A stretch of 51,465 bases of DNA from the UHGV virus genome UHGV-0241168; one strand, given 5' to 3'. The DNA is from a virus. The position numbers and the translations under genes were made by a program. Positions 34,821 to 44,191 of the stretch are shown here, piece by piece (position 1 is the first letter of the stretch; every line of letters begins with the position of its first letter). The notes under the pieces are model-generated. The model was given only the letters and a program-made list of their open reading frames with translations, did not search any database and was not told the DNA's origin.

Positions 34821-35125
34821 TCCGCACCTCCGCTGTTCTCATCCGAAAACGGGTCAGGAGTCAGAATCTTATCTTCCCATCCAAGCTTCTCATAATTCGC
34901 CCTGCAAGTTGGGCAATTATGACCTACACGAACTTCCAGCGGATCATAGAAACAGCCGCCCAGAACATCCCCAATTTGTTCTCCACACCGTGCACAGTAG
35001 ACATACCCGAAGCAACCTGTGGTAATATGGCTATGTCCAAGGAGCGCACACGTCACGCTTTTTCGCCTCTCCTCATCGAGCGGTTCCAATGCCGCAATTT
35101 TCTTTTCATATTCTTTTCTTGTCAT
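34817..35125 (-). CDS. Cys-rich hypothetical protein
   Basis: MTRKEY start; CARC and CPTC. Confidence 0.7.
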   Translation of the reverse strand: MTRKEYEKKIAALEPLDEERRKSVTCALLGHSHITTGCFGYVYCARCGEQIGDVLGGCFYDPLEVRVGHNCPTCRANYEKLGWEDKILTPDPFSDENSGGAE

Positions 35126-35289
35126 TGGGCACCTCCGATTGTTGGAATATAATCCATGCTGAAAGAAACTTCCTCCATCATAGAGCCGCATGGGCAAGTG
35201 CATATTTCCTTCCGCTCCTCCTCGGAAATATCGTCAGGAAAATCTATGCTGAAAAAGAACCCGCAATCAGGGCATTTCAAGGAAATCAT
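35122..35289 (-). CDS. Small zinc-ribbon protein (55 aa) bounded by 18-bp direct repeats
   Basis: Manual translation MISLKCPDCG...CPCG...IGGAQ. Confidence 0.65.
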   Translation of the reverse strand: MISLKCPDCGFFFSIDFPDDISEEERKEICTCPCGSMMEEVSFSMDYIPTIGGAQ

Positions 35290-36017
35290 TGGGCACCTCC
35301 GATGATCTCGTCAAGGGTGGAAATTTGTCCATTTTTCATGCTTGGAAATAGGTCAGCATGCAGATAGGCTATTGCCCCAATATCCGTGTAAACACGAATA
35401 ACACATGGTATTAATTCCAGTTTTTCAGCATTTGGATAAATAAGTTTGATCGCCTTCGCCCTCTCCACCTCCTGCTCCGTCCAGCGGGACGGTTCAGACA
35501 GGTCCCAATATTTGGGGCTTGCGGATTCTCCTTTTTTTCCGAGGTATTTGTCGCAGAATTTTTTGATTTTGCACGAACTGCACCGTTCAGAAGTGTTTCT
35601 CTGTTTTTTGCAATATTCCTGCACCTCAGAAAACGTCCAGTCCTTCAATGGCTTGTCCATGTTGGCCTCCTCCTTCGTGTATGGTACCCAGCAAGTGCCG
35701 TCCTTTTTCCTGTGCTGACAATCCTCGTTTTCGTCCCAAGAGCAACAGGGGCCGCCATGAGCACAGTCGCAGCACATACCCTCCACGGCGTTAGCCGTGT
35801 TGGCCTCCCCCTTTACCGGGGTACAATTTGTACCCTCATTCAATCCGTTACAATCTGAAACGGGTTCATCCTCCACCACCTCATAGCCCATCAGGCGGGC
35901 GGCTTCGTGGGGATGCACTTTTACCCATTCTGTATCACGGAACATAAAAAATCTCAGCCATTCCATAGAAAGCTCTTTAACGCTAAAAACTTCCCCCGTC
36001 TTACTTCGAAACTTCAT
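35286..36017 (-). CDS. Modular hypothetical protein
   Basis: MKFRSKTGE start after AAGGAGG; Cys-rich modules. Confidence 0.7.
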   Translation of the reverse strand: MKFRSKTGEVFSVKELSMEWLRFFMFRDTEWVKVHPHEAARLMGYEVVEDEPVSDCNGLNEGTNCTPVKGEANTANAVEGMCCDCAHGGPCCSWDENEDCQHRKKDGTCWVPYTKEEANMDKPLKDWTFSEVQEYCKKQRNTSERCSSCKIKKFCDKYLGKKGESASPKYWDLSEPSRWTEQEVERAKAIKLIYPNAEKLELIPCVIRVYTDIGAIAYLHADLFPSMKNGQISTLDEIIGGAQ

Positions 36018-36162
36018 GGTCGGCCTCCTTTCTCTCCCACTCCCTGCACCGCTGCTCCGGCTCCGTGAAGTCGGCGCAGTGCTGGGAATCTCCATTGAAA
36101 CACACGCCCTGGAAGTCCTCATACCAGACGCAGGTGGCGCAGGTGTTAAAAAGACCATTCAT
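36001..36162 (-). CDS. Small Cys-rich protein
   Basis: TCATC.WY....GVCFNGDS.HCADF. Confidence 0.6.
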   Translation of the reverse strand: MNGLFNTCATCVWYEDFQGVCFNGDSQHCADFTEPEQRCREWERKEADHEVSK

Positions 36163-36496
36163 CTGCTTCCGTGTTCCTCCATTCCTCAAATTCAACTTCT
36201 GGATCGTCTCTGCTGGTTTCCAAAGCGTCATCAAACGATTTGGCTTCAATGATGTAATAGCCCTCATAATAAACCTTAACTTTCATGCTCGGCCTCCTTC
36301 ATCAAAGCGCCGCAGTTGGGGCAGTATGGAGTTTTGTCTCTGCATTCTCCCTCTCGATGTACTCCTTCATTCGTCCACCGCCCACTTCTTCATATTCACG
36401 TATAGTTCATCCATTTTTTTGTTCCATCCCTTAAGTTTCCAAAAGGTAAGAATACCCAAGACTATCCACTCCACAGCGGCTATAATTGTCAAAATA

Positions 36497-36694
36497 TCAG
36501 CCATCCTGCTCCCTCCTTAGTGCGTCCCTTAAATCCTCCAGGTCGTACTCGTCGCCCAGGATGTCCTCAATAGCTGCGAGGCGGTCTATAACATCCGTTA
36601 TTTTCATTGTCTGCTGCAACGGCGTAGCCCCATCTCTGTTCGCGATTGACGCTCGCCCGTCCTTTCTCCATACAGTTAATCGCTCCACGCTCAT
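36497..36694 (-). CDS. Hypothetical protein
   Basis: ERLT...RLAAIEDILGDEYDL. Confidence 0.65.
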   Translation of the reverse strand: MSVERLTVWRKDGRASIANRDGATPLQQTMKITDVIDRLAAIEDILGDEYDLEDLRDALRREQDG

Positions 36695-36897
36695 TCCTCC
36701 CAGCTCTTCAAAATCTGATGTTTCCGCTTCTGGCACCATGCGAACACCGGGAACCGAAAGCCTCTATTACTTTCGCACTGGTTGAGATATCCGCATTCAT
36801 TACACTTCCCAGTAGCCACGGCCTCGGAAATCGCAAGTCCTTCTGCCTGCTTCTCCTGCGAATATTCCCGGTCAAAAATGGTAATATGCTTTCCCAT
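36691..36897 (-). CDS. Hypothetical protein
   Basis: 68 aa, GGAGG RBS, overlapping stop/start. Confidence 0.6.
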   Translation of the reverse strand: MGKHITIFDREYSQEKQAEGLAISEAVATGKCNECGYLNQCESNRGFRFPVFAWCQKRKHQILKSWEE

Positions 36898-36898
36898 G

Positions 36899-37369
36899 TC
36901 ATTCCTCCTTCTGGCCGTCCCACTTCCATGTGGGGCAAAGTTTGTGTAGGTCCTCTACTGCCGCATCCCTCTCCCGCTTCATCTGATCCAACTCGGTCTC
37001 TTGTTCTTTCAGCAGTTTGTCCCGCCGTTCCAATTCTGCGGCCTGCTGAGCAATCAGTTTTGATTTCTGCTCCAGCTCGGCTTGTACCGCTTCCAACTCC
37101 TCGTGCGCCTTGATGATTTCCGTTTTTGCACAGACGATGGGGCAGTCATGGCATTTGTCCTCGTAGTGTTTCAGGCGGGTGATCTCTGCCCCGGCCTGCT
37201 CAAGCTCGGCCCGCAGCTTCTCGTTTTCGGCCTGGAGCGTGGAGAGGGCGGTGGCGGCATTGTCCAGCACGTCCTCCTGATCGGCAAATGCCCGCCCAAG
37301 AGTTTTCCCATTTCGATATGCGTCGGCATCATTCCGCAATCGTCTAATCAGCTTTTCGTAGTCCATCAT
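36899..37369 (-). CDS. Coiled-coil hypothetical protein
   Basis: MMDYEKLIRRLR start. Confidence 0.7.
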   Translation of the reverse strand: MMDYEKLIRRLRNDADAYRNGKTLGRAFADQEDVLDNAATALSTLQAENEKLRAELEQAGAEITRLKHYEDKCHDCPIVCAKTEIIKAHEELEAVQAELEQKSKLIAQQAAELERRDKLLKEQETELDQMKRERDAAVEDLHKLCPTWKWDGQKEE

Positions 37370-37649
37370 GGTTCTCCTCTCCTTTGTCCCCCCAGCCAAA
37401 GGCGCTTTTAACCGCCTCCAACAGTTTCCTCCACATTGATTTCCTGTTTTTCAGTCTAGCGTTTTCATCCAACAGGGCAGTGATAGCATCCGCAGCTTCT
37501 TCCACTAAGTTACATACCTCATCAGAATACACCAATGGACCTTGCAGGTTGTATGGATATGGCGCGCCGACTAGTTCTCCGTATGGGATTTTCTCACTTT
37601 CCGGTGGCAACCAATCTCTTAAGTCAGCCACAAGCTTTTCGTAGTCCAT
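37344..37649 (-). CDS. Hypothetical protein, N-terminus paralogous to the neighbour
   Basis: MDYEKL start. Confidence 0.7.
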   Translation of the reverse strand: MDYEKLVADLRDWLPPESEKIPYGELVGAPYPYNLQGPLVYSDEVCNLVEEAADAITALLDENARLKNRKSMWRKLLEAVKSAFGWGDKGEENHDGLRKAD

Positions 37650-37972
37650 CAGGTGTACTCCTCTCCCTCCGGCGGGCGGCGGTAGTAATTATCTTTTTTG
37701 TCTCTCATACAAGACGAGCATTTTTCAAGTGCCCCCATTTCCGCCCATAGACACCCATCGCATATTAGCGCCTCGTTCGGCGGGGTGAGGGTGGGCTGAT
37801 ATGGAATCGCCTCGTTCGGGTGTGAGTCCTCCCATTCCAGGATGGCCTTGACCAACTCGGCATTGTTCCGGCTGTTAAAATGCAGGACAAATGTTGTATT
37901 CCCCATCGGGATATCCAATGCCCAGCCACAGACCATCGGCCTTATTTGGTATTCCCTAATCACCTTTGCCAT
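37649..37972 (-). CDS. Hypothetical protein
   Basis: 107 aa, PTLTPPNE and YRRPPEG linkers. Confidence 0.65.
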   Translation of the reverse strand: MAKVIREYQIRPMVCGWALDIPMGNTTFVLHFNSRNNAELVKAILEWEDSHPNEAIPYQPTLTPPNEALICDGCLWAEMGALEKCSSCMRDKKDNYYRRPPEGEEYT

Positions 37973-38129
37973 CTTTCATCGCCTCCCTCTCCGCCGTTTT
38001 CCAAACGCTATTATGGAATTTGGCTATATCTTGTGTGCCTTTTTTGTACCCGGCTAAATAGCAACAGGTGCATAAAATCAGGAGCAATATCGCTCCAAAA
38101 AGAGCACAAACCACGATTTTATCCATCTT

Positions 38130-38465
38130 TCAGCGCTCCCATTTTCCACTCTGTAAATACAGGCACTTTTCCCACCCTCCCGCTTCGTCTGCATACTTAC
38201 AGGATTCAGCTATACAACTTTTCCCCTGATAGTCAGGGTGTCCACACGCTTTCGGCCAATCAGGGTAAAATACACTGTTTAACCCAAGAATGGTAGAGAG
38301 GTCAGGGCCACAGAACTTCGGCGTAGTCAACCGCTTAAAATGCTCTCGAACTCCTGCCGGGATTTCCTCGAATTTTTCAAATTCCTCAACCAGCCCAGTA
38401 TCAGTATGCTTCAATGTGTATGCGGTTTTCGTCCCGTTGGTAAAATATCTGCAATCAATGCTCAT
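38130..38465 (-). CDS. Hypothetical protein
   Basis: 111 aa in operon. Confidence 0.65.
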   Translation of the reverse strand: MSIDCRYFTNGTKTAYTLKHTDTGLVEEFEKFEEIPAGVREHFKRLTTPKFCGPDLSTILGLNSVFYPDWPKACGHPDYQGKSCIAESCKYADEAGGWEKCLYLQSGKWER

Positions 38466-38811
38466 TTGTCATTTCCTCCATATTGTTAATTTTCTCCATC
38501 ACCATCTCCACGGCCTCGTCCGTCATGGGAGCGCCGCACCATGCGCAGAAAGGTGTTTCTACATCAGGGGTTCTCCCGCATTTTGTACAGCGGCACTGTA
38601 TATTTCCAGCTCCCAAAGGCGGCAAATAGTGTTTCCACACACCCCTCCAGACCTTCTCCACCTGCTCCCGGCTGACGGGGCGGAGGGCGGAAATAATCTC
38701 TAACGGGTCTAAGGCCGATATGACCGCTTCTGCGGCCTCTCTGCTGGGAGTATAATGGCAAAGGTTCCAATCCTCTAAAATTTCGTTCGCTTCTTCCCGC
38801 GTCATTTTCAT
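38455..38811 (-). CDS. Zinc-ribbon hypothetical protein
   Basis: CTKCG...FCAWCGAPM. Confidence 0.7.
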   Translation of the reverse strand: MKMTREEANEILEDWNLCHYTPSREAAEAVISALDPLEIISALRPVSREQVEKVWRGVWKHYLPPLGAGNIQCRCTKCGRTPDVETPFCAWCGAPMTDEAVEMVMEKINNMEEMTNEH

Positions 38812-39005
38812 GGCTGGGCCTCTTTTTCGCCTTTTCCTATCGGCCAGTCAACGGGGATAACCGTTTTTAAGATGCAACCATCATCTCCATCAAATCTGCA
38901 ACCACTACATGAAAACTGTTTGGCGCAATATCCTTTCAGCCTTTTATAGGCCCTGTCTACTGGGTCAATACGCTTGAATAAGTTCATTCCATCCCCTCCA
39001 CTCAA
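38808..39005 (-). CDS. Small Cys-rich hypothetical protein
   Basis: YC....CSGCRF...C.L...P.DW. Confidence 0.6.
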   Translation of the reverse strand: MSGGDGMNLFKRIDPVDRAYKRLKGYCAKQFSCSGCRFDGDDGCILKTVIPVDWPIGKGEKEAQP

Positions 39006-39565
39006 TCTTCTTTGATACGAACAGGAAGAACCATCTTAATGTCCTCCTTGTTGGTGCGGAGAAGAATAGGCTCTACATTGCTGCGGAATTCCAAAATTAC
39101 CGGCTGCCTAAAGCTTTCTCCAGCAGATACCTTTGCTGCCTGTAAAGCTGCCAGGAGGTAATTTCCGTTGAAGCCAATCCGGTATTTTACCTCACTTGTT
39201 GGAATTGCTTTTTCCCATTCAAATCCGCTGTCCTGCGGCTGGGTATATCCGAACGAGAACCCACCGCACCGGATTACAGCCTCTTTCCCTTCTTCTGTCA
39301 GAGAGATGGTTGCATACTGCTTGTTTGGGAGTTTGGTATTGCTCTTGATGAATGCCACAAAGTCTTCGTCGCAATCACTGATAATTGAGTGCTCCACAGA
39401 CATCCGATAGCCATCAACGGCCATAGCCGCGACTTAATTTTCTGCTGCATGGAACTCCAGCTTAATGTATTGATTGCAAGGACGGGTGGCGCTATCGCTC
39501 ACAAAAGACTTGGTGGCCGCAATCAAGCGGTTCAAGTCGTTAGTGTAAATCTTTGCCGACTTCAT
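39002..39565 (-). pseudogene. Beta-clamp-like gene interrupted by an in-frame TAA
   Basis: MKSAKIY...HAAEN*VAAMAVDGYRMS in one frame, stop at 39434-39436; IGFN..YLL.AL and MVLPVR clamp-like motifs. Confidence 0.65.
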
Positions 39566-39870
39566 GTGTTTTCCTCCAATCTTTGTAATTCCTCCGCGCT
39601 CAGAATCAGTGCGCGGGTGTTCCAGGCGAGCATAGCCTCATACTCAGTGTCATATCGGCCTCCATAGTCAACATCCCATCCGAACATCATTTCACATTCG
39701 TTGCAAGAAACGCTATAAACATGGTTCCTTGATGGGCGCAATAATCTTGGGCCATATGCTACAACTTCCGCCTCTCCCCCGCAGAACGGGCACGGAACCA
39801 GCACACCCGCGTCCGTTAGTCGCTTACTTGCCTCGTGGTCGCCCAGGAGGGCGCGCCTTTCGTCTGTCAT
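39562..39870 (-). CDS. Lar-family (restriction alleviation-like) zinc protein
   Basis: PCPFCGGEA ... C..C ... AWNTR. Confidence 0.8.
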   Translation of the reverse strand: MTDERRALLGDHEASKRLTDAGVLVPCPFCGGEAEVVAYGPRLLRPSRNHVYSVSCNECEMMFGWDVDYGGRYDTEYEAMLAWNTRALILSAEELQRLEENT

Positions 39871-39915
39871 GTCATCCTCCTGACTGGCTCTGCGTAAATC
39901 TCAAGCAGAAGCGTT

Positions 39916-40248
39916 TTACTTTTCATGCCGTCCAGCCTCCCACTCCCGGTAAATGGTCATGAAATCCTCTGCCCGGAGCGTTACAAGCCACTCCTCCCGG
40001 CTGTGCCTGTGAAATACCACGGGAATCAAAGAGGCAACCGCGTCCCTGACAGCTTGCTTCAATGCCTCCCGAACATTCAGCCGTTCAACGGCCTTGCACT
40101 CGATATGGAGGCCCGGAAGCCCGATCACGTCCGCTGCCTCTCCGGTTTTTCCGCAGTACTGCGCTGTTCTGCGGCACTCATAGCCCTGCTCCCGCAGGAA
40201 GTGGACCAGCCGCAGCTCTCCCTCTTTTCCCTTGCGCTTGCTGTTCAT
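39916..40248 (-). CDS. Holliday junction resolvase-like PD-(D/E)xK nuclease
   Basis: MNSKRKGKEGE, ADV.G, HIECK, QA..DA. Confidence 0.78.
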   Translation of the reverse strand: MNSKRKGKEGELRLVHFLREQGYECRRTAQYCGKTGEAADVIGLPGLHIECKAVERLNVREALKQAVRDAVASLIPVVFHRHSREEWLVTLRAEDFMTIYREWEAGRHEK

Positions 40249-40955
40249 TTCACATACCCCCAGGCGCTTTTGTTCGAGCTCTCCGCTGAGGACTTCTTGC
40301 CGAATTCCCGCTTTTTCTCCAGCGCGTCCCAATCCGCAAGGCACCGGACGCCGCGCGATTGCTTGTCCTGCAGGATTTTGCGGATATACGGCCATGTGGC
40401 CGCTTTGCTGTCCAGGGCGATGTCAAAGGCCCTCCGGCATACTTCTGCGCCCATGACTTCTGCAAACCCGCGCAGTTCGTCAAGGGAGGACGGGGACGCG
40501 GATGGGTTTACCCGGTTCAGATAGTCAGACACTACCTCCGCTTCCGCTCCTGTTGGCAGTGGGGGGGTAGGGGGGGGACAACCCTGACCCTGACCCTGAC
40601 CTTGTCCTTGTCCTTGACCTTGTCCATGGCTTTTTTCGCTTTCTTCAAAACCCATTGGGTTTTTTGGGTTTTCAGTAAACCAATTCGGTTTTTCTCCCTT
40701 AGGTGGTCTTCCGCCTTTTTTACCATTTTCCCGGTTGGTTGTAGCGGTTGCCTCTTGCGCCTGCAAAGATTCGTCGATGTCCCTTTTGATGGCTGGCCAA
40801 ACGTACCGTTCATTCCCGTTGAATTCTGGCTCCACTCCCGACGCACGATATTTCATCATGGCCAGCACCAGACGCCCCACTTCACCGTCACTGTACGGCT
40901 CGAAATAGCTTTCGTAGCTCATCCAAAGCTTGACATATTCCCTTTTTTCCGCCAT
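40245..40955 (-). CDS. Replication initiator (DUF6291-like N-terminus, DnaD-like C-terminus)
   Basis: NRENGKKGGRP, (GQ)n linker, WPYIRKIL; follows ssb. Confidence 0.8.
   Translation of the reverse strand: MAEKREYVKLWMSYESYFEPYSDGEVGRLVLAMMKYRASGVEPEFNGNERYVWPAIKRDIDESLQAQEATATTNRENGKKGGRPPKGEKPNWFTENPKNPMGFEESEKSHGQGQGQGQGQGQGQGCPPPTPPLPTGAEAEVVSDYLNRVNPSASPSSLDELRGFAEVMGAEVCRRAFDIALDSKAATWPYIRKILQDKQSRGVRCLADWDALEKKREFGKKSSAESSNKSAWGYVK
40582..40695. repeat. Hexamer repeat and AAAACCCA iteron-like/inverted repeats, putative origin
   Basis: (accctg/ccttgt)n and AAAACCCATTGGGTTTT within the initiator gene. Confidence 0.55.
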
Positions 40956-40959
40956 TGCC

Positions 40960-41124
40960 TTACTCCTCTTCGGAGCGTCGAACTACAACGTCAAAGTTGT
41001 TCTTTCCTGCGGTAAACAACCGGAGCAAAGCGGGAAGTTCGCATTCACGCATCCCTTGAATAGTTACCGTATCGTTTGCATCGTCCAGATAACCACCATC
41101 AATAACAAACAGTGTATATTTCAT
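40960..41124 (-). CDS. Small hypothetical protein
   Basis: MKYTLFVID start after GGGAGG. Confidence 0.55.
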   Translation of the reverse strand: MKYTLFVIDGGYLDDANDTVTIQGMRECELPALLRLFTAGKNNFDVVVRRSEEE

Positions 41125-41138
41125 TGATAGACCTCCCA

Positions 41139-41555
41139 TCAAAACGGCAGCTCGCCGTCTTCCTCGCTGATCTCTGCGAAGTCGGAGGCGGAAACGTCCA
41201 CACCGTGGGAGACAGGACGGGAGCCCTGGTCATCTTTCTTGGAATCCCCAAAGTAGACGTTATTCGCGATCACCTCGGCGCTGCGGCGCTTGCCGCCGTC
41301 CTTGTCCGTCCAGTCCCGGATTTGAATATGGCCCTCCACAACGGCCATGCGGCCTTTGGTGAAGTATTTGCTGACAAACTCAGCGGTAGAGCGCCAGGCC
41401 ACAATATCAATAAAGTCCGTCTCCTTCTCTCCGGACTGGGACTTGAAGTCCCGGTCCACGGCAAGGGAAAACGACGTCACGGCGGTGCCGTTTCCGGTGC
41501 GGCGCAGCTCCGGGTCTTTGCAAAGACGCCCTTGCAAAATGATTTTATTGAGCAT
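41139..41555 (-). CDS. ssb: Single-stranded DNA-binding protein
   Basis: MLNKIILQGRL..DPELR, acidic C-terminus DGELPF. Confidence 0.95.
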   Translation of the reverse strand: MLNKIILQGRLCKDPELRRTGNGTAVTSFSLAVDRDFKSQSGEKETDFIDIVAWRSTAEFVSKYFTKGRMAVVEGHIQIRDWTDKDGGKRRSAEVIANNVYFGDSKKDDQGSRPVSHGVDVSASDFAEISEEDGELPF

Positions 41556-41766
41556 TGTTGTCCTCCAATCTGTACTCGGCGTAGCTGACGCTCTCGCCGT
41601 AACGGTTCTTTGCGGAGACCATGCGGCGGGTGATGTGGTGTCCGCCCTGCCGCAGGTCGTATATGCGGGCCCCTAAACGGTAGCAGTCCAGGTCGCCTAG
41701 CGCCTGCATGGGGTTGATGGAACCGAAGTCCTGCATGTACTGTAAAACGCGCTCACATTGGGTCAT
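41545..41766 (-). CDS. Small winged-HTH protein
   Basis: MTQ.ERVL.Y....GSI, RLGARI.DLR. Confidence 0.8.
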   Translation of the reverse strand: MTQCERVLQYMQDFGSINPMQALGDLDCYRLGARIYDLRQGGHHITRRMVSAKNRYGESVSYAEYRLEDNNAQ

Positions 41767-42068
41767 GGGTTCTCCCCCTTCCGATAGATCATATCCTCCC
41801 GGTTCCAGTCAGGGTAAAAGCATTTTAGATAGGAAATGGCATGTACGTACATGGTCTCCCGGTTGCGGCCCTCGTCAAACTCTCTATGGCATTTCTGGCA
41901 GGCCGTAACAACGTTTCTCTCAATGCCAAGACCGCCCTGAGAGCGGCGTACAATGTGAGCAATGGGGGCGCCGGGCCTCCTGCAGAAAATGCACAGGTGG
42001 TTGTCCCGCTCCCACACGGCCCGCTTGACCTTCGGAGATATGGATGTGGCCTTAGTGAGTTTGTTCAT
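41763..42068 (-). CDS. HNH endonuclease-like protein
   Basis: VWERD..CIFC, AHI..RSQGG.G.E.N....C..CH. Confidence 0.82.
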   Translation of the reverse strand: MNKLTKATSISPKVKRAVWERDNHLCIFCRRPGAPIAHIVRRSQGGLGIERNVVTACQKCHREFDEGRNRETMYVHAISYLKCFYPDWNREDMIYRKGENP

Positions 42069-42585
42069 CCCATCCCTCCATCATCGCTGCTAGTTTCTCT
42101 GGCTGTAAGATCTCGATTCCCTGCTCTCTGCAGTCCTCAATAATTAGGTCGATTAGACGGGACATCTGAACAGTGTCATAAGTACTGGAGCCGTAGTAGA
42201 GTGTGACATTGGTGCAGCCACTGATCTTACTTGGGAACGTCTCCGTCTGCCAGCCAATTCCATTGTGCCGCCAGCCATCCACCAACTTGTCCACGGCCTT
42301 ATTTCGAACGCAGACAGTCTCGGAATTTCCTCCGATGTCACGGATGTACTCCCGGTAAAGGTCTTCTTTCTTTACCTGCAGGACTTCCGCAAGTTTGTCT
42401 AGCAGCACCCAGCAATAAGCGTTGGCGTCCAGGCTGCGGCGCTCTCTGTGGGGTTTGATGGTTACGTCATAAGTCTTTCCAGGGCGGATGCTGCTACAGA
42501 CATCCAACGCCTGCCGGTGGGACACTTGAACACAAACCCAGGTGCCATCACTGTCCTGTTGCCAGCGTACGTTGTTCGTCTGCAT
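42052..42585 (-). CDS. NinB-like recombination accessory protein
   Basis: RSLDANAYCW, GSSTYDT.QMSRLID. Confidence 0.72.
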   Translation of the reverse strand: MQTNNVRWQQDSDGTWVCVQVSHRQALDVCSSIRPGKTYDVTIKPHRERRSLDANAYCWVLLDKLAEVLQVKKEDLYREYIRDIGGNSETVCVRNKAVDKLVDGWRHNGIGWQTETFPSKISGCTNVTLYYGSSTYDTVQMSRLIDLIIEDCREQGIEILQPEKLAAMMEGWDEQTH

Positions 42586-43123
42586 TAGGCCACACTCCTT
42601 TTTTCAAGCAATTCGACAAATAAATCAGACGGGGCAAATATTCTGTCTTGACCCATTCCGCGTCGTATTGGATTGGGTAGTAAGAAATTCTAGCATCATC
42701 GATAGGGGAAAACCAGTTAAGATAGTCCTCTGGAAGCAGATGATATGCAACAATACGGCATTGCTTCTTTGCGCCGAACATCTCTGCTTGGCACTGCTGC
42801 CAATAGGCTTTTGATACTACAAAATGGTCCTTTCCATAAGTTTTTACCTCGCTGATTTCGTCCTTGGTCTCGCCATCCAGATTAATGCGAAGACATAGCC
42901 GAGGAATTCTGATTTGACGGTCCATTTTCCGGATGCCGATATGTTCCAGGATTCTGTGTTCAAAAGCTGTTCCTGTCAGCATTGCATCTGTGGTAAAGTC
43001 CTCTTGTCGAATGCCCAGTTTTACCATCCACCACTTTTCAAATGTGGGTGTTTCCCAGCTCCCCACGATTTTTCCTGTATCGCTGGCACCAAACCAGCCA
43101 GACCTTTCATGATCGTGAATCAT
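42548..43123 (-). CDS. YqaJ-like (lambda-type) exonuclease
   Basis: R...FGASD, G...E, NLDG, EVKT, YWQQ.Q. Confidence 0.8.
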   Translation of the reverse strand: MIHDHERSGWFGASDTGKIVGSWETPTFEKWWMVKLGIRQEDFTTDAMLTGTAFEHRILEHIGIRKMDRQIRIPRLCLRINLDGETKDEISEVKTYGKDHFVVSKAYWQQCQAEMFGAKKQCRIVAYHLLPEDYLNWFSPIDDARISYYPIQYDAEWVKTEYLPRLIYLSNCLKKGVWPNADEQRTLATGQ

Positions 43124-43764
43124 AATTGCTGAAGTTTCTGTTCTAGGGTAGCGATGTTGTTGAATTGCAACATCAGTGTGCGGAATTGCTTATCATTAAG
43201 ATTCAGTGTCGACAAAAGGTCTCTATGGTCCAATCCAGCTTTCTCTTTTGCGGTAATCAACCGCTCAATGCGTTCTTTGATGGACCAAATACTATGTCCG
43301 CTCAAATCGTCACTATCCCGTTCTGTGTCCTTTTCTGTGGTCCACAGATTAAATCCGAGGCCTGTATGGATGGCAACGCCTTTGACAAACGCTCTTGCGT
43401 GGGCGTTGGAGATTCTAAGCTGATTGAGTGTATCTTCGTACACTACTAATGACCCATTCATCAGGGGCATATCCATCGTGAATACCAAATCATCAATGTG
43501 TACCTCAACAGACACAAACCAGCATCCGGTCTTTCTTCCATCTTTATTTGCCACATCGGCAGAGGTAAAAAGATAGCTGCCCTCCAATGTTTTCAAAGGT
43601 GTAAAGTAAACAGTTTCTGCTCCGTTCTCATGGAGCATAGATTTGCAGGTGGCCCAGTTCAGATAAGGAACCTTGATTTTTTTCCCGTTATCGTCCTTCG
43701 CCTCTCGGTAATCGCAGCGAGGCAGTACATCAACCTGCACCATCTCATGGTATGGTTTCAACAT
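43120..43764 (-). CDS. Sak3/DUF1071-like single-strand annealing protein
   Basis: YLNWA motif; R.FVK.VA..TGLG..LW; next to exonuclease. Confidence 0.75.
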   Translation of the reverse strand: MLKPYHEMVQVDVLPRCDYREAKDDNGKKIKVPYLNWATCKSMLHENGAETVYFTPLKTLEGSYLFTSADVANKDGRKTGCWFVSVEVHIDDLVFTMDMPLMNGSLVVYEDTLNQLRISNAHARAFVKGVAIHTGLGFNLWTTEKDTERDSDDLSGHSIWSIKERIERLITAKEKAGLDHRDLLSTLNLNDKQFRTLMLQFNNIATLEQKLQQL

Positions 43765-43766
43765 TG

Positions 43767-43967
43767 TTATTCCTCCACTCTGACTACCGGTATGTCCATC
43801 ATTCCGGCAATCTCATCTAAATTCGTGTCTATCCAGTCTAAAACGTAGTCTTTGAAACAAAATTTGCAGTAAATCTCCCCGTCTACGATGTAATACTTTT
43901 CGCAGTCATCTTCCAGAACGGGGTTCAGGGTGTGTGTGCACTGACTGCATTCTGGATATTTTTTCAT
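43767..43967 (-). CDS. Small zinc-binding protein
   Basis: CSQC ... YCKFC. Confidence 0.65.
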   Translation of the reverse strand: MKKYPECSQCTHTLNPVLEDDCEKYYIVDGEIYCKFCFKDYVLDWIDTNLDEIAGMMDIPVVRVEE

Positions 43968-44191
43968 CTCGCATCCTTCCGCTTTTGCTGTTTCCAAACC
44001 CTGCCGGAACAATCGACAGAGCAGAATCGTTTTTGCCGTCGCTTCAAAACTGCGCCGCACACCTCACAGTACCGGGTTCCAATTGATGGATGTCCTTTTC
44101 TTGGCGGTGGGTCTCCAGGGTGAAGCAATTTCCATTGCCCGTAGGTCATATGGGCTTTACGTGCGGAAACCGAATCCTCAATCAGGCTCAT
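43964..44191 (-). CDS. Small zinc-finger protein
   Basis: MTYGQW, CEVCG, FCSVDC. Confidence 0.65.
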   Translation of the reverse strand: MSLIEDSVSARKAHMTYGQWKLLHPGDPPPRKGHPSIGTRYCEVCGAVLKRRQKRFCSVDCSGRVWKQQKRKDAR

